This document shows positions 37,756-51,210 of a stretch of 64,000 nt of DNA, in pieces. The notes beneath the pieces are model-generated. The model was not told the DNA's origin. It worked only from the letters and a program-made list of their open reading frames with translations, and made no database searches. Position 1 is the stretch's first letter. Each line of letters opens with the position of its first letter. A program made the position numbers and the translations under genes. The stretch spans positions 63,488,001 through 63,552,000 of the forward strand of contig NC_043009.1 of NCBI RefSeq assembly GCF_006345805.1, read 5' to 3'. This DNA is from Octopus sinensis (Eukaryota).

Positions 37756-37853
37756 GTGAGAGCACTGTTCTCTCATTCTCTCTTTCTCTAAGCTTCCGCT
37801 ATATGTCTCTAACCACGCATACACACACATTCATATGCATGTGTGTACATGTA

Positions 37854-37884
<31 letters not shown>

Positions 37885-38009
37885 TGATTTGGATTGATTT
37901 GATTTTCACTTGCCTCAACAGGTCTTCACAAGTGTCACACACTTGCCTCTGCCTCAACAGGTCTTCACAAGTGTCATAAGAGGAAGGTATCACAGGTGGA
38001 CGACTACGT

Positions 38010-38155
38010 CGCCGGGTCTTCGGATGGTGTCTTTATGTGCCACCGACACAGGTGCCAGATGAGGCTGGCGAACGGCCACGATCGGATGGTGTGTGTTGTG
38101 CCCACAGCACGGAGGCCAGTCGATGCGGTACTGGCTACGGCCACGTTCGGATGGT
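38010..38155. repeat. GC-rich degenerate minisatellite (about two units)
   Basis: Recurrent cggatggtg and ggccacg(a/t)tcggatgg. Confidence 0.5.
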
Positions 38156-38445
38156 TGTGTGCGTGTGTGTGTGTGTGATCGATCTTTATGAGTGTGTGTT
38201 ATATATTCGCCATGTTGGACCGCTGAAATCTACAAGTTTTTTTTTTCATTCTCTCTGTTTATTTTTTCTTATTCCTTTCTGTTGAAGAACGTTGGCTCGA
38301 AACGTGTGTGTGTGTGTGTGTGTATGAACTGGCACTCCGTCGGTTATGACGGCTAGGGTTCCAGTTGATCCGATAACAGAACAGCCTGTCTATGAAATTA
38401 ACGTGCAAATGGCTCAGCTGTCCGCCATTATTATTATTATTATTA

Positions 38446-38501
<56 letters not shown>

Positions 38502-38582
38502 GTTGTTGTTGTTGTTGTTGTTGTTAATGTCCGATGATGGTTAGATATATATTTAGATATAAGCTGAAATTTGTTTTTACAG

Positions 38583-38701
38583 GTTTTGGATTTGACAGAC
38601 AAAAAGCCCGAAACTGCCAATTTAAATTCCAAAATGGTAGAAGTACGAAAATTTATGAATCACACAGAGTGTGAATGTAAAGAAATAATAAAACTACCCG
38701 G
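38583..38701 (+). CDS. Pvf: PDGF/VEGF-family ligand, coding exon 4 (Cys7-8)
   Basis: ttgtttttacag acceptor (phase 0), GG|GTATGT donor (phase 2); ...KFMNHTECECK completes the cystine knot. Confidence 0.93.
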
Positions 38702-40099
38702 GTATGTTTTTATTTTTATTTATATCGGATTGGTTTTTGTTTTGTTTTGTTTTAGATGGGGGATATGCTCCTTTCTAGGGACCCTAAGGCAGATAGAAGG
38801 AAGGGAAGAACCGGCCCAGTTGTTTGTTTTTGAAGAAGATTGGACCGTTATTTCTATCAGTTAAAGCGACCACATAGAGGCTTGTTCGTGAGAGTCTATA
38901 GGTATGAGTATGTTACATGGACATGCGGAATGAGCCGAGTGGGCGTGGGTGTTTGGATACTGGCGATTTGGCACGGCTGACTGGAGACTAGAGACTGACT
39001 CTGTCTTGGCGATGACTTTTTTGGCGAGAGTACATTTTGGCGTTAGTGCCAAATACACGCCCGCACACCGCACGCGCAGAAATATACGCATATAGCTAGA
39101 GAGGGCGAGAGAGAGAGAGAGATCACAATTTATCAAATGGATCCGACTGATATAAATATTTTCCGCCTCCTCATATACGTAAAGAGAAATATGCTCACAC
39201 ACATAAACACTGAGATGAAGAGAAGAGAAAATGTACGATACCAAATAATCAGCGTTGAATCAGCAACGTTAAAATTCCTGTGCTAAAATGTCTCATACCT
39301 ATGAACATGTCCACCTTTACTTACACCCCATTTAACCAAAAATCACAACTATGGTGTCGTCCGAAAACCATAGTGAATTAAACCAAGGCCAAAAAGAAAA
39401 CAAATAATAGATTTGATTAAATGATCGACCTCAATGAGTTAACTTCTCTTCCGTCGGTATGGCATGTTTGTGTATCGATGTTCTTCACAAACTATTAAGA
39501 CAAATGCTGCTGATGAGGAGGAACGTGTGGAATTCTGATAGGTTATGTTTAGAGTATTTGAAAAGATGTAGTACAATCATTCTATTTTCCTACACCAACA
39601 AATAAAAAAATTATGTATATTTAATTAGTAAACCACCTAACCCTTCATCAAACGTGGTTAAAATCAAAATAATACCAAATCATATAAAGAGTTGTCCTCT
39701 GTATTTGCCAAGAAAAGATTTGAAATTAATATTGATATTAACTGTGGAAAAAAAACTTTATGCAATGCATGTGAGAACTTAAGCAAAACATGTAAAGTGA
39801 AGTCAGTAGAATAAAACAATGAGAGCAGATTTTGCATTTCCTTACAAAGGTTGTTTAATAATCTTTAAAAATTTCGGGAAAGATTTCCCATTTCAAATAG
39901 AAAATTTCGGAGTATGTATTGTTCCCGACTCTCTAATACTGTTCTATCCCTCGCTGCTTGTTTGTATATGTAAAAATACTTATGTACCTTTGTCTCATCG
40001 TATATTTATTTCTTGCTTGCATCTCCTTTCTTTTTTTTTTTTTTTTGTTCCATGTAGTAAATACGTTAAACGTAAACTTAACTATGAAAGTTATTTAGA

Positions 40100-40259
40100 C
40101 AGGAGTGGCTGTGTGGTAAGTAGCTTGCTAACCAACCACATGGTTCCGGGTTCAGTCCCACTGCGTGGCATCTTGGGCAAGTGTCTTCTGCTATAGCCCC
40201 GGGCCGACCAATGCCTTGTGAGTGGATTTGGTAGACGGAAACTGAAAGAAGCCCGTCGT

Positions 40260-40292
<33 letters not shown>

Positions 40293-40515
40293 AGTGGGTT
40301 TGTGTGTCTGTGTTTGTCCCCCTAGCATTGCTTGACAACCGATGCTGGTGTGTTTACGTCCCCGTCACTTAGCGGTTCGGCAAAAGAGACCGATAGAGTA
40401 AGTACTGGGCTTACAAAGAATAAGTCCCGGGGGCGATTTGCTCGACTAAAGGCGGTGCTCCAGCATGACCGCAGTCAAATGACTGAAACAAGTAAAAGAG
40501 TAAAAGAGTAAAGAG
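40100..40515 (+). mobile_element. SINE family B, near full length
   Basis: Nearly identical to 32465-32880; (TAAAAGAG)n tail. Confidence 0.9.
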
Positions 40516-41529
40516 ATATATAAGACTACTTACCAAGCTTTCCATCTCCTCTCACCGCACGATTTTCTTATGGGCCTTTTGTTGTTGCATGTATTATATG
40601 TTTCCACCCTCTTATGAAATTGATAGCTTGACGCACGCGTAATTATATACATACGTACATATACACATACAAATTATATGTATATATAAATGCATACATT
40701 CATGTATATATATATATTTATATATTTTTCTATTTCAAAATACCAGGTGTCGGAAAGAATGTCCACATCCGTTCCAGAAAGTTCGAAATGGTCTCGAATG
40801 TGTCTGTGATTGCCGTAACGACCAGCGAAATTGTTTGCTTATTAAAGATGGTATGAAACCATTAAATGAACATTCTTTGGTGTAAGTAGACATTTCTTAT
40901 TGAACTTGTTGCGTTTCATACAGCGCTGTCAATTGCAGAGGGCTGACAGGTGAACTCATGGTTAGCAGAAACTTAGACCCTGATTTCAATGTCCCTTTAA
41001 TGCCATATCATGCGTTTCGAGACAACGAAGAAGGCCCTTGTATGGCCGATCGATCTGCTTGCAATAGCAGCGCAAATTTAACTCAAATCACGCCGAATCG
41101 GCTTAGGTAATGTGGTCCTGCATATAATATACCTGATTTAAAATAGTTACGGCTGGAATGCCTTTAATCATAGATTTTAGTCAAGGATAACTTTGAGTTA
41201 ACTAACAATTGGTGTCACGGAAAGGTAAATCCGATTCAATTGTCATGTAATTAGAGGAAAAGTTTCAAATTCGGATGTTTTGATCTTCATTGTTGTGAGT
41301 CGAAATTCAGCCAGAGTTGGCTTGAGGTTATATATTCCTGAACGGTGATAACAGAAGTACAGGATTCAAGGAAACCGGAGGTTTCCGTCGGCGAAGGGCT
41401 CACACTGATAGCAGCCAGTCACGTTCCTGTATTTGTTAATCTTTCTTTACTCTGTGTTTAAGTAATCGATCGCTAAATTTTGATACACATCAATAACGAT
41501 TACAATCCTTCTTTCACACTACAGTGTAT

Positions 41530-41940
41530 GACTGGGAGAGGACTAGTCGACTACATCGACCCCAGTACGCAACTGGTACTTAATTTTTTAACCCCGAAAG
41601 GATGAAAGGCAGAGTCGACCTCGGCGGAATTTGAACTTAGAACGTAACAACGACGGACGAAATACTGCTAAGAATTTCGTCCAGTTCGCCGCGTTAACAA
41701 TAATAATAATAATATAATAATAATAATACTTTCTACTATAAGCACAAGGCCTGAAATTTTTGTGGGGAGGGGGCCAGTCGATTAGATCGGCTCCAGTACG
41801 CAATTGGTACTAATTTTATCGACCCTGAAAGGATGAAAGTCAAAGTCGACCTCGGCGAAATTTGAACCCAAAACTAACGACAGACGAAATACCACTAAGC
41901 ATTTCGCCCGACGTGCTAACGATTCTGCCAGCTCGCCGCC
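41530..41940 (-). mobile_element. Two SINE family A copies just upstream of the last PVF exon
   Basis: Reverse-complement head and core motifs occur twice. Confidence 0.75.
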
Positions 41941-42022
41941 TTAATAATAATAATGATGATGGTGATGGTGATGATGATGATGATGATGATGATGATGTTT
42001 TTTTTTTTTTTTTCTTTTGCAG

Positions 42023-42170
42023 ATGCATCAAAAGACGGCAGTGTCAACGACCAAATTGTAGATATGGTTATTTCGATGTGAATACGGGGTATTGTCCGCT
42101 TTTACAATTAGGAAACCAACGTAAAAACCGGCGCCGAAATCGACTACGTCTCCGAGGGAAACTAATTTAA
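42023..42170 (+). CDS. Pvf: PDGF/VEGF-family ligand, last coding exon (Cys-rich segment plus basic tail, stop TAA)
   Basis: Long poly-T acceptor ending ttttgcag; phase 2 completes GG|A (Gly); CIKRRQCQRPNCRYGYFDVNTGYCPLLQLGNQRKNRRRNRLRLRGKLI*; total CDS 846 nt = 281 aa plus stop. Confidence 0.88.
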
Positions 42171-42319
42171 AAAAAGCGAACTCATCAGACACATAGAAGT
42201 TGCCAGAAAAGGCTGCTCCTGTTAACCCAGTCGTTATAACAGCAGAACATTAGTTACACAGACTACAACAATACTAAAACACATACATACATGCCTATAT
42301 ATATATATATGTATATATG

Positions 42320-42378
<59 letters not shown>

Positions 42379-43172
42379 TATATATATATATATGTATATA
42401 TATATGTGTATATGTATATATATATATTTATATGTGTATATAATTATATATTTATATATATATATATTTGTTTGTTTGTGTATATGTATACGTATAATTG
42501 CCAACAGAACTACTACTGTTCATTCAATTTAATTCAATTGCTATAACAGACAAACAATAGTTACTCAGAGTACAAAACTAGCATATTACGAAGCAGACAG
42601 TAAGATACATACGCATTTGGTTTATGTCTGGCAATGAGTTGTGTATAAAAAAACAAAACAAAGAGGATTCTATTATACATCAGTTTTTGACTATCAACCA
42701 ATTATAGAGATAATCTTCGATTATTGAGCTCATTTTCACGCAAACCAAATTCAGCAAAATGAAGAGAAGGTGGAGGAAGGAAAAAAATAAACGACGAGGT
42801 ATATACATATATATATACTCACTGTTGTAATAAACCGAAGGAGAGATGTTAGCGAAGGATCGACATGTTGTTGGAGCTGTACGGGTTGGTGCAGAAGGTG
42901 ACCAATGAAACGGACATATTTTCATCTGGAATATGTAAATGATGTACTAAGTATTATCAAAGTCAGACAATTTATAAAAGGACAGGTCACCTTGATTGGC
43001 AGACACAAATTGTCAATAAGTGTTTTTGAACCTGCCTCACATTCACTTGCTATGTTCATTGACCGACACACACTCACATACACACACATACAAATTCACA
43101 CGGTGACATTACATAAAAAAATAAACTCTGCCACGTCACACACTCATCTCTCCATCTCTTCTTCCCTTGAGT

Positions 43173-43231
<59 letters not shown>

Positions 43232-44305
43232 CATGTATATGACATACCAATGCTTAACAAATAATGACAAAAACATTTGGATTGTTTCTTGGTATCAACA
43301 TTTTTTTTTGTTTTTAAAGTGGGCGAAAATTGACTTATAAAATAAAACACAAGCCATGATACATGAAAAATAAAACTTTATCTTATGTTTAAATAGTTCA
43401 TTGCCCCTGGCTTTGTTGGAAAACTGTGAATAATAAAAAAAAAATGTGAATAATAAAAAAAAAAGGAAAATATTTTCAGAAGGATCTTATCAATGCGAAA
43501 TTACAGCTTTAAGATATAAAAATACTATATATTTGGTATAAGCAACCAAATTATATATATATATATATATATATATAAACTCCTTTCTTTCTTGTATTTC
43601 TCCCTTTCACTCTTAGTCTTTTCTTTTCCCCTACCCTTCGTCTTGCTCTCTTTTAGTTCCTCGACTTCTCTTTTTCCACCAATTTCCTTTGGCATCCCCC
43701 TCCCTCCCTCTCTCTCTCTCTCTCTCTCTCTTTCTGTTCTAACTGAACATTGGAACATAGAAGTGTCTTTCCCAAAGATATTTTAAAAAATCAAAACGAT
43801 GCAAAGACGTTTAAACGATGACCATAACTGGTTATTGAAACAAAAGACTAACAAACTTAAATATGGATACAGCGGAAGGAAAAACTGTGAAGAAACAAAA
43901 TCTACTTCAGATAATGTAGACCATAGCAGAGACTCGTTGAATATCTTATATTCTTCACTAGAAAATGTACATTAAATGTAAGTGATCGAACTGCTGGCGT
44001 GAGTGTTTATAGTAGGAAGTTGTCTATGTTACTGAGCAATATTGTCCATTCTAATATGGTTAGTCAGAAGACAACAATAAATCAATCAAAAATTAATAGA
44101 TCTTTGCGCTCTTTCACTTAATGTATTTAGTTAAATGAGTGATGGCTGAATGCGTATAAAAGTTGGTGTGCGAGCGCGCTTCATATTTCTGCGTGTATGT
44201 GTGCGTGTGTGCGTGAGTGACTCACAAACTTCAATGAATACACTGCAATGAATATACTTTACATCATGTATTGAGTACTTTTTCTCTCGTCCATTTAACC
44301 AGAGA

Positions 44306-44341
<36 letters not shown>

Positions 44342-44364
44342 TATATTATATAAATATATATATA

Positions 44365-44432
<68 letters not shown>

Positions 44433-47400
44433 TGTATGAAGTGGCCGAGATTGCTTATATTCTGCGTGAACGAAACGCCAGTCCTTCGCAAGGTATGCTC
44501 ATTTACAACTGAATGGATTGGAGCAACGTAAGATAAAAGGTTTTGCTTGTGTGTATGTGTGTGTGAGAGAGGAAGAGAGTGTGTGTGTGTTTGCGTGTGC
44601 ATGTGTATTGTACATAAATATCTAATATAAATATAGTCTAACGACTGACGCATGGAAACATAAGATATATGTATTAAAACGAATAGATAAATAAATGTGT
44701 ATTCCGTTACCTTTCGCTGGGCATGAACCATGTTTTATTCTTTCGTTTTTTGTTTTGTTTTGTTTTGGTTTTGGTTTTGTTTTCGGACCCCGTCAGAGCA
44801 AAAGATTATGCATTTGGACATTTGGACAATGTTTGGACATTTTCAATGGCGTTACTGTGACACAAAGTCGAACACAAAACATATAACAAAATAGCATTCC
44901 CTTTGAGTTAACGCAGACACGTGTGCCCTGACCTAATTCTAAAGCATAATCAACGTCACATGTGATGAGGTTGTACCTTTTGAATTATAGACACAATCCA
45001 TCCGACTAGCTTCCATACTTTTTTCCGTCTACCCATATTTACACACACACACACACTATGTATGGGTTGATCCGAAACTTGAAACGACAATTACATAAAA
45101 TTTCATGCAAGCGAGACGGAAATTGTTTAGCCATTCGACCAAACTGCCTATGGAATTTCTCAATAAAATTTTGAAAGAGGCATTTATAGTAATGACGGCC
45201 ACAAAAATTTCGCAATTGTAATATGTATGAGTATTTCTACTAACAAGATTCTATCAAGTTTCTTAATATAAAAGAAAAAAAGTAGTAAATTCAATTTTTC
45301 CTGTTAACAAAATAATAAAATATAAACATGGTCTATCGAAATGACATGTGACAATACAAAATATTCATATTGAAATATATAAATGCTGAAGACGGTGATG
45401 TGTGTATATTTTTATGCAGGATTGTATTTTATTTTATTTTTAGGATAGAGCTTTACAAGGTAAGAATCGGGTCTTTTACTTTTAACAAAGCTCAGGTATA
45501 CGTGTAGTTTTCAAGCTCTTACGTTCATTAGAAACAGGATTCATGTCCGGAGAAAATAATATAATTCTTTTATATTTTATGTTTCAGCCATTGGCCTGAG
45601 CCATGTTCGACTTAAACCCTTCAAAGGGAACAAATTGACCCCAATACTTTTTTTTTTTAATTTCAAAACCTGGTACTTATTTTATCAGTCTCTTTTTTTC
45701 AGAACTGCTAAATTACGGGGACGTAAACAAACACACACTGGCTGTCAAGCGGTGATGGAACTCAAACACTAAATAAACACACACACACACATACATACAA
45801 ACACAAACACACACACACACACACACACATACATACAAACACAAACACACACACACACACACACACACATACATGCAAACACAAACGCACACACACACAC
45901 ACACACATATATATTTCCGAATCTGTGTGAATGTGTATAGAATAATATATCAGTTGAATAAAGTTATAATATGGTTTAGTTTTCACATTTTTTGTTATGG
46001 TATTTTAACATTGAAAAAATATCTTGTAATGTTCATAAAGCTCAATTAGCGCTTTCATACGTTCGTAGTAATCATCAGATTCCAAAATGTATTTAACTGA
46101 CGGTTGAGTTCTTGACAACTGTAGTACCTCTTAGAACACTCCAACAAGCTGGATTTTTGTAATGCGGTTTTTGAATATTGTGACAGAAAGTCGAACACAA
46201 AATATATAACCAGTTGCACAACTGTCGTTAAATTCCAAGGCAGCCCCATTCACGTGTAGAACTTTACAATGGCTTCTTATAAAGTGTTGGTGATGGAGAT
46301 GGTTCTCTGTTGTTTGATAGCAAGGATTCAATTATTCGATCAAATGTGAGTGTGTGCGCGCGCCTGTGAATGGTCTGTATTTGTGTTGCCACGGAGACTA
46401 GTAAGCAAAAAATAACATACTTTGACACGTGTTGGATGACTTTACAGCAGAGTGAGAGAGAGAAAGAGAGAGAGAGCATGCTCAATGTGAGTTCTGTAAA
46501 CAGACCGCGGTCTGCACGGACGTTTTGCCTAAGCATCTCAGACATCAGACCACATGGATCTGAAATCTCTACCTAAGAGGGGAACCTCTGAGACACGTGA
46601 AGAAACACGATTACCGCTCGCAAAAGAGACAAACCGGGTGTGATAGGGTTCAGTCAGCAAGGTGGAACAAAGATTTGTTCGCCCTTCTAATGCATTACTT
46701 AGTGTTTTTATGTATTTTACACCAAGAAATTCCTCACGAAATTGGCAGACATTGAAAAAGCTATTCATGATACCAGGTGTGTATGTGTAACCACAGTACA
46801 TACCTAGTATGTTTATGTATGTGTACAGGAATTTCGAGCGTTTGTATATTTAGTATACAGCTCTTTCCCTACCCCCAATCTAATATTGTTTATCCGTCTT
46901 GTAAGTGCATGGTTAATCTTCGGTTATGAGGCGTGACAGTCTGGCCGATTTAGAAATTATTACAGAGTTTACAACTTTGTTGCGAACACTCAAAATTGAA
47001 ATTGACTCTGCAGACAAGCAGCTCTCTAAAGTCTGAAAATAAAAGAACAGTTCCATACCATTAACCTCTTGACCTTTCATGTTTTTCTCGTATAAGACAG
47101 GAGAAAGATAATAGACGAAATGGAATTGACATGTAGATATTTGTGAGTGGTTTGTGTTTTGTCTTTGCGTGTTTTGCCTTTTGTGTGTTATCAATCTTTT
47201 ATATTTTGCTTGAAACAATAAAGTTTCTTGGTCTGTTGACATTCCTCGTCTTTCGCAGTCTTATCTTAGTCATGAAGTGTTTGTTAGTGTGTGACTTATT
47301 GTCGCTTTACACCAGATAAACATCATGTGAATGATGCTGCGTTCATGAGAATGAGAAATTGCGATGTTTAACTGCAAGATACGAGTTTCTTTGAGCAATC

Positions 47401-47494
47401 AGGCAGTCGGTGCTTAATATATTTGCTTGTGAAGTTTTGTATTGTATTTTGCTGTTAAAAACTATATATAGCAGATTAGTGTGTGGGGTTGCGT

Positions 47495-47775
47495 GAATCA
47501 GTGGTTAAGGTGTTGCACTCACGATTGTGAGATCGTGGGTTCGATTCCCAGACCGGGCGTTGCGTTGTGCTCTTGAGCAAAGTACTTCATTTCACGTTGC
47601 TCTGCAATCATTTCACCATCTGACAATTGGCACATGGTACACCTGTGCAGGTAATGTCGATTTGATGGAGAGAGTGACCTTATGTCTACACAAGCATTTG
47701 ATCACTATAAACAAATCATTTGTGTGGTTGTACGGTAGGAAATTGTCGAACCCGCATACGTCATTTAACGACGGG
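47495..47775 (+). mobile_element. tRNA-derived SINE (CORE-like)
   Basis: tcagtggttaagg A-box-like, GGGTTCGATTCCC B-box, ctcttgagcaaagtactt core. Confidence 0.7.
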
Positions 47776-47794
47776 AGAGTCCATCTTATATATA

Positions 47795-47985
47795 TGTGTG
47801 TGTGATTTTTTTCCTCCATCTTCCCTTCTCTGGATATTTCCTTTTCCTATGTTTCTGACGAAGAGCTCCGCTCGAAACGTTAAATCTTCCTTTCTTTCCT
47901 TTCCTGAGCGTCCAATAACACTATACTTGTTCCACGTCCTCGCGTTGTTGTGTTTTCTCTTTGTGTTTTCATGCTTGGATTAACT
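47795..47985 (+). mobile_element. Family H1 repeat with hammerhead-like motif (47851-47885)
   Basis: Near identical to 5496-5700. Confidence 0.65.
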
Positions 47986-47989
47986 TGTA

Positions 47990-48400
47990 GCCATTTCATA
48001 TTTTTAATTTCGCTCACGCGCATTCTTTGTTTTTGATTTTGTTGACTACACAGTATAGTAGGATTAGTTGGGCACTGTCTGTGAGAGAAACAGTACCATG
48101 ACGCAATCCACTCTGCCTGAAATTTGGAAATGATATCCTGTACTGCTTGGCTCCAATACGAAAAGTTCAGTGTTTGGGCGTCAATCTGAGGACAGTGCAG
48201 AGGATTCGGAAAGGGTTGGATGAGTCTAATGGTGATTACGAAGGCATGGCAGCTCAGGGAACGCACTCTGATCGTTATGATAAGAAAAGAACTCCTGAAT
48301 TTGTTGGTGAGATCCAAGTCATGATTGACAATCCTTCCAAGTCAATTAAGTCCATCGCTAAGAACATGGGAGTGTCTGAGTTTTTTTTATCAGGTAGTGC
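47990..48400 (+). pseudogene. Tc1/mariner-superfamily transposase, N-terminal (HTH) relic
   Basis: LGVNLRTVQRIRKGLDESNGDYEG...KKRTPEFVGEIQVMIDNPSKSIKSIAKNMGVSEF; frameshifted. Confidence 0.65.
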
Positions 48401-48404
48401 AACT

Positions 48405-48670
48405 TCCGACTATCATGTCTTTGGAGCTGCTCAAAGATGGTTTACAAGGACGTCGATTTCCTACAGATGAAGATGTGAAGGAAGCGGTGCTTAAATGTTT
48501 CCACGACCAACCGAAACCGTTCTTGAAGGGAATACGCCAGCTTGTGGATCGTTGACCAATTGCATCGAAAAGAAAGGCAACTATATAGAAAAATTACCTA
48601 CTTGTTTATCCCCTGCTTGTGTGTAAATACATCGAAAAAACAAGAGTGCGTATACTTTTTTACTCTCCCT

Positions 48671-48672
<2 letters not shown>
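48405..48672 (+). pseudogene. Mariner (DD34D-type) transposase C-terminal relic plus terminal repeat
   Basis: SDYHVFG..LKDGLQGRRFPTDEDVKEAVLKCFHDQPKPFLKGIRQLVDR(W)TNCIEKKGNYIEK across two frameshifts. Confidence 0.8.
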
Positions 48673-48748
<76 letters not shown>

Positions 48749-50195
48749 ATAAAAGATCGTATCGTAAGGCCAATACAAAGCGAAGTAAATCACAAGAAAA
48801 CAAATATGTGAACTAATGTAGACTTACCTTGTATTCAATATTTCCGGTTTATGACCCCATTTTCAAGAAATTGACTAATGTTGCCGATGTGCATGTGTGT
48901 GAGCGTGTGTGGAGTGGACATGCGCAGAAGGGTGTTTTATATATATATAATAGATAGATATAGATATAAATATATTGAGAGACAGACAGAGTTATCTTTC
49001 TCTCTCGTCTGAACACCAACATCTTTTTCTTTGTGTGTGTGCTTTTTAGGTTTTTTAGCAATTCCCACATTTCTCCATAACGAAACATTACAGTAGCAGG
49101 ACCGTAACCTTCCATGGGACCCTGCTAATTCATCCGTTTTCGATCGACTAACATCCATGATGCAAGCGACCTTTTCTTCTCTGCTTCACTGCTTTTAACT
49201 AATGCTATTTTTAAATAATGTAATTAGAAATTCAATGAAGTTCAGCTTTAAGATACTTCGTACTTTCAAAATGACTTGGCAAAGGGAAACAATCCCAGCA
49301 AAATAGCCCTAAATTGTCCACCTTACAGAATATTTACCGTCAGTTCTCATTTAACATCATTGATAGGTTCTTGGAAAATGCAACTTAAAGTGAAACGCTG
49401 TAAAGCGAAACCATTTTTACCATAGATTCCGTCATATAAATGTGAGTTGCCTTTCTATACTATATTCCTAGTCACACAGACATCAACAAAATTCTAAATG
49501 ATGACTCCAGATACTTTTAATAGACACTCAATTATCATTCCACCGCATTATATAACGGAAACAGCTGTAAGGTAATGAAGTTCATAAGATAATCGCTTAT
49601 TCCTTTGTCATCTCTTTTTCATCTCTTATATCATACATTATACATGCATATATACACACATATATGTGTGTATGTCTTTATAAATACTATGAATGTGTAT
49701 ATTTATTCTACATATAGATAGATAAATAGATAGATAATACAGTTTAGATAGATTCAACTTCATACCAGATTCCTTGTGGTTGTTTACACTTGTGATGCCA
49801 TTGTCAATTTTTCAATATCATTCGTGATGTAGTAACCACGCCAAAATTCCTTTCAGTTTCATCCTCTAAGAATTTCTTAATGTTGTGTCGTAAAAAGTAG
49901 CCTTTGACTGGACAACTCAAACCAATCTCGACTTGCCATGGATTTTTCATTCACTCTTTACATTAGAACCGTGTGTTTTCTTTAGGTCTTCAACAATACT
50001 TAAAATTTGCATTTGTAAGGTAGCAGGGAGCAGGAAACGATCCTAAGCCTTCTAGCAACTCAGCTAACCTTGCTACCTTATTTACCAATACATAAACGCC
50101 CATGCGCACTCTCAATATATGAATGTATGGTTGTATCTATGTAGGTATGTATTTGTATATAGATATGTATGTTTATATATATATATACATATATA

Positions 50196-50280
<85 letters not shown>

Positions 50281-50999
50281 GTATATGTATATGTATTTAT
50301 ATATATATGTATATGTGTATATATACAAGTATATATACATCCCTCTGCTCCCTCACTCCCTCTCTCCCCTTCTCTCTCCCCCTCTCCCTCTTTCCTCCTT
50401 CATCCCCCTCATCCCCTTCCTTCTCCCCCATCCTCTCCTCTCCCCCTTCTCCTCCCCCTCTTCTTCCCCTCCCCTTCTCTCCCCCCTCTTCTCCCCCTCC
50501 CCCTCCCCCTCTTCTCCTCACTACACCACATGACTTTACACATCACATCACATATGATGTGCCATACTAATACACACACCAACTAATACATACTAATACG
50601 TACTAATACATACTAGTACATACTAATACTTACACCAACCCTATACATACACACGTCCAGACCCCGCATACGCACTTATACTCTCTCACACACACACACA
50701 CACACACCTATACATACCAATACGTACTAATACATACTAATACATACTAATACATACACCAACCCCATACATACGCACGTCCAGACCAATCTTACGCACT
50801 AATACTCTCTCATACACACACACACACACACCACCCTTATACATACTAATACATACACCAACCCTATACATACACACATCCAGACCCCTCCCACGCACTT
50901 TTAGCTGGTCCCTCAACCCTTTTATCAACCCTATTATCTCCCCTTATTTCGCTCTCGCGTCTCATGTTTGATCTTTGACCTCTGGCCGAAATCAGATCG

Positions 51000-51210
51000 C
51001 CATGTTGATTCGTTAGCTACTGCACGCATTTTTTTTCTCTCCTTCTTTCTGTGTTTTTCTCTCTCTGTGTATCTTTCTGTTGAAGAGCGTAGGCTCGAAA
51101 CGTTAAAGACTTGTTTTATTTATATTTCCTGAGCGCCATACTAATACAATTGTTCGTTTGTTTTCCACCTGCCTTCGTCTTTTGTTTATTTTCATAAAGC
51201 TTCCCGTTAT
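51000..51210 (+). mobile_element. Family H1b repeat with hammerhead-like motif (51072-51109)
   Basis: tcttt-CTGTTGA-A-GAGC-gtag-GCTC-GAAACGTT-aaaga. Confidence 0.6.

Noticed and set aside
37996-38285. Possible extra PVF exon between the cystine-knot exons
   Set aside because: GC-rich minisatellite with a weak acceptor; exons 3 and 4 already join in frame to give a normal domain
39500-39540. CTGATGAG motif (also checked at about 2497, 14743, 24646, 25692, 35120, 42181)
   Set aside because: No compatible stem II, GAAA, stem III or NUH downstream
42171-47480. Position of the PVF polyadenylation site
   Set aside because: Several AATAAA hexamers (about 42787, 42829, 43341, 47216) in AT-rich DNA; cannot choose without transcript data
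50560-50900. Three copies of accaacc(c/t)atacatac.cac.tccagacc at 100-125 bp spacing
   Set aside because: Ordinary low-complexity degenerate minisatellite; no structure or coding signal seen
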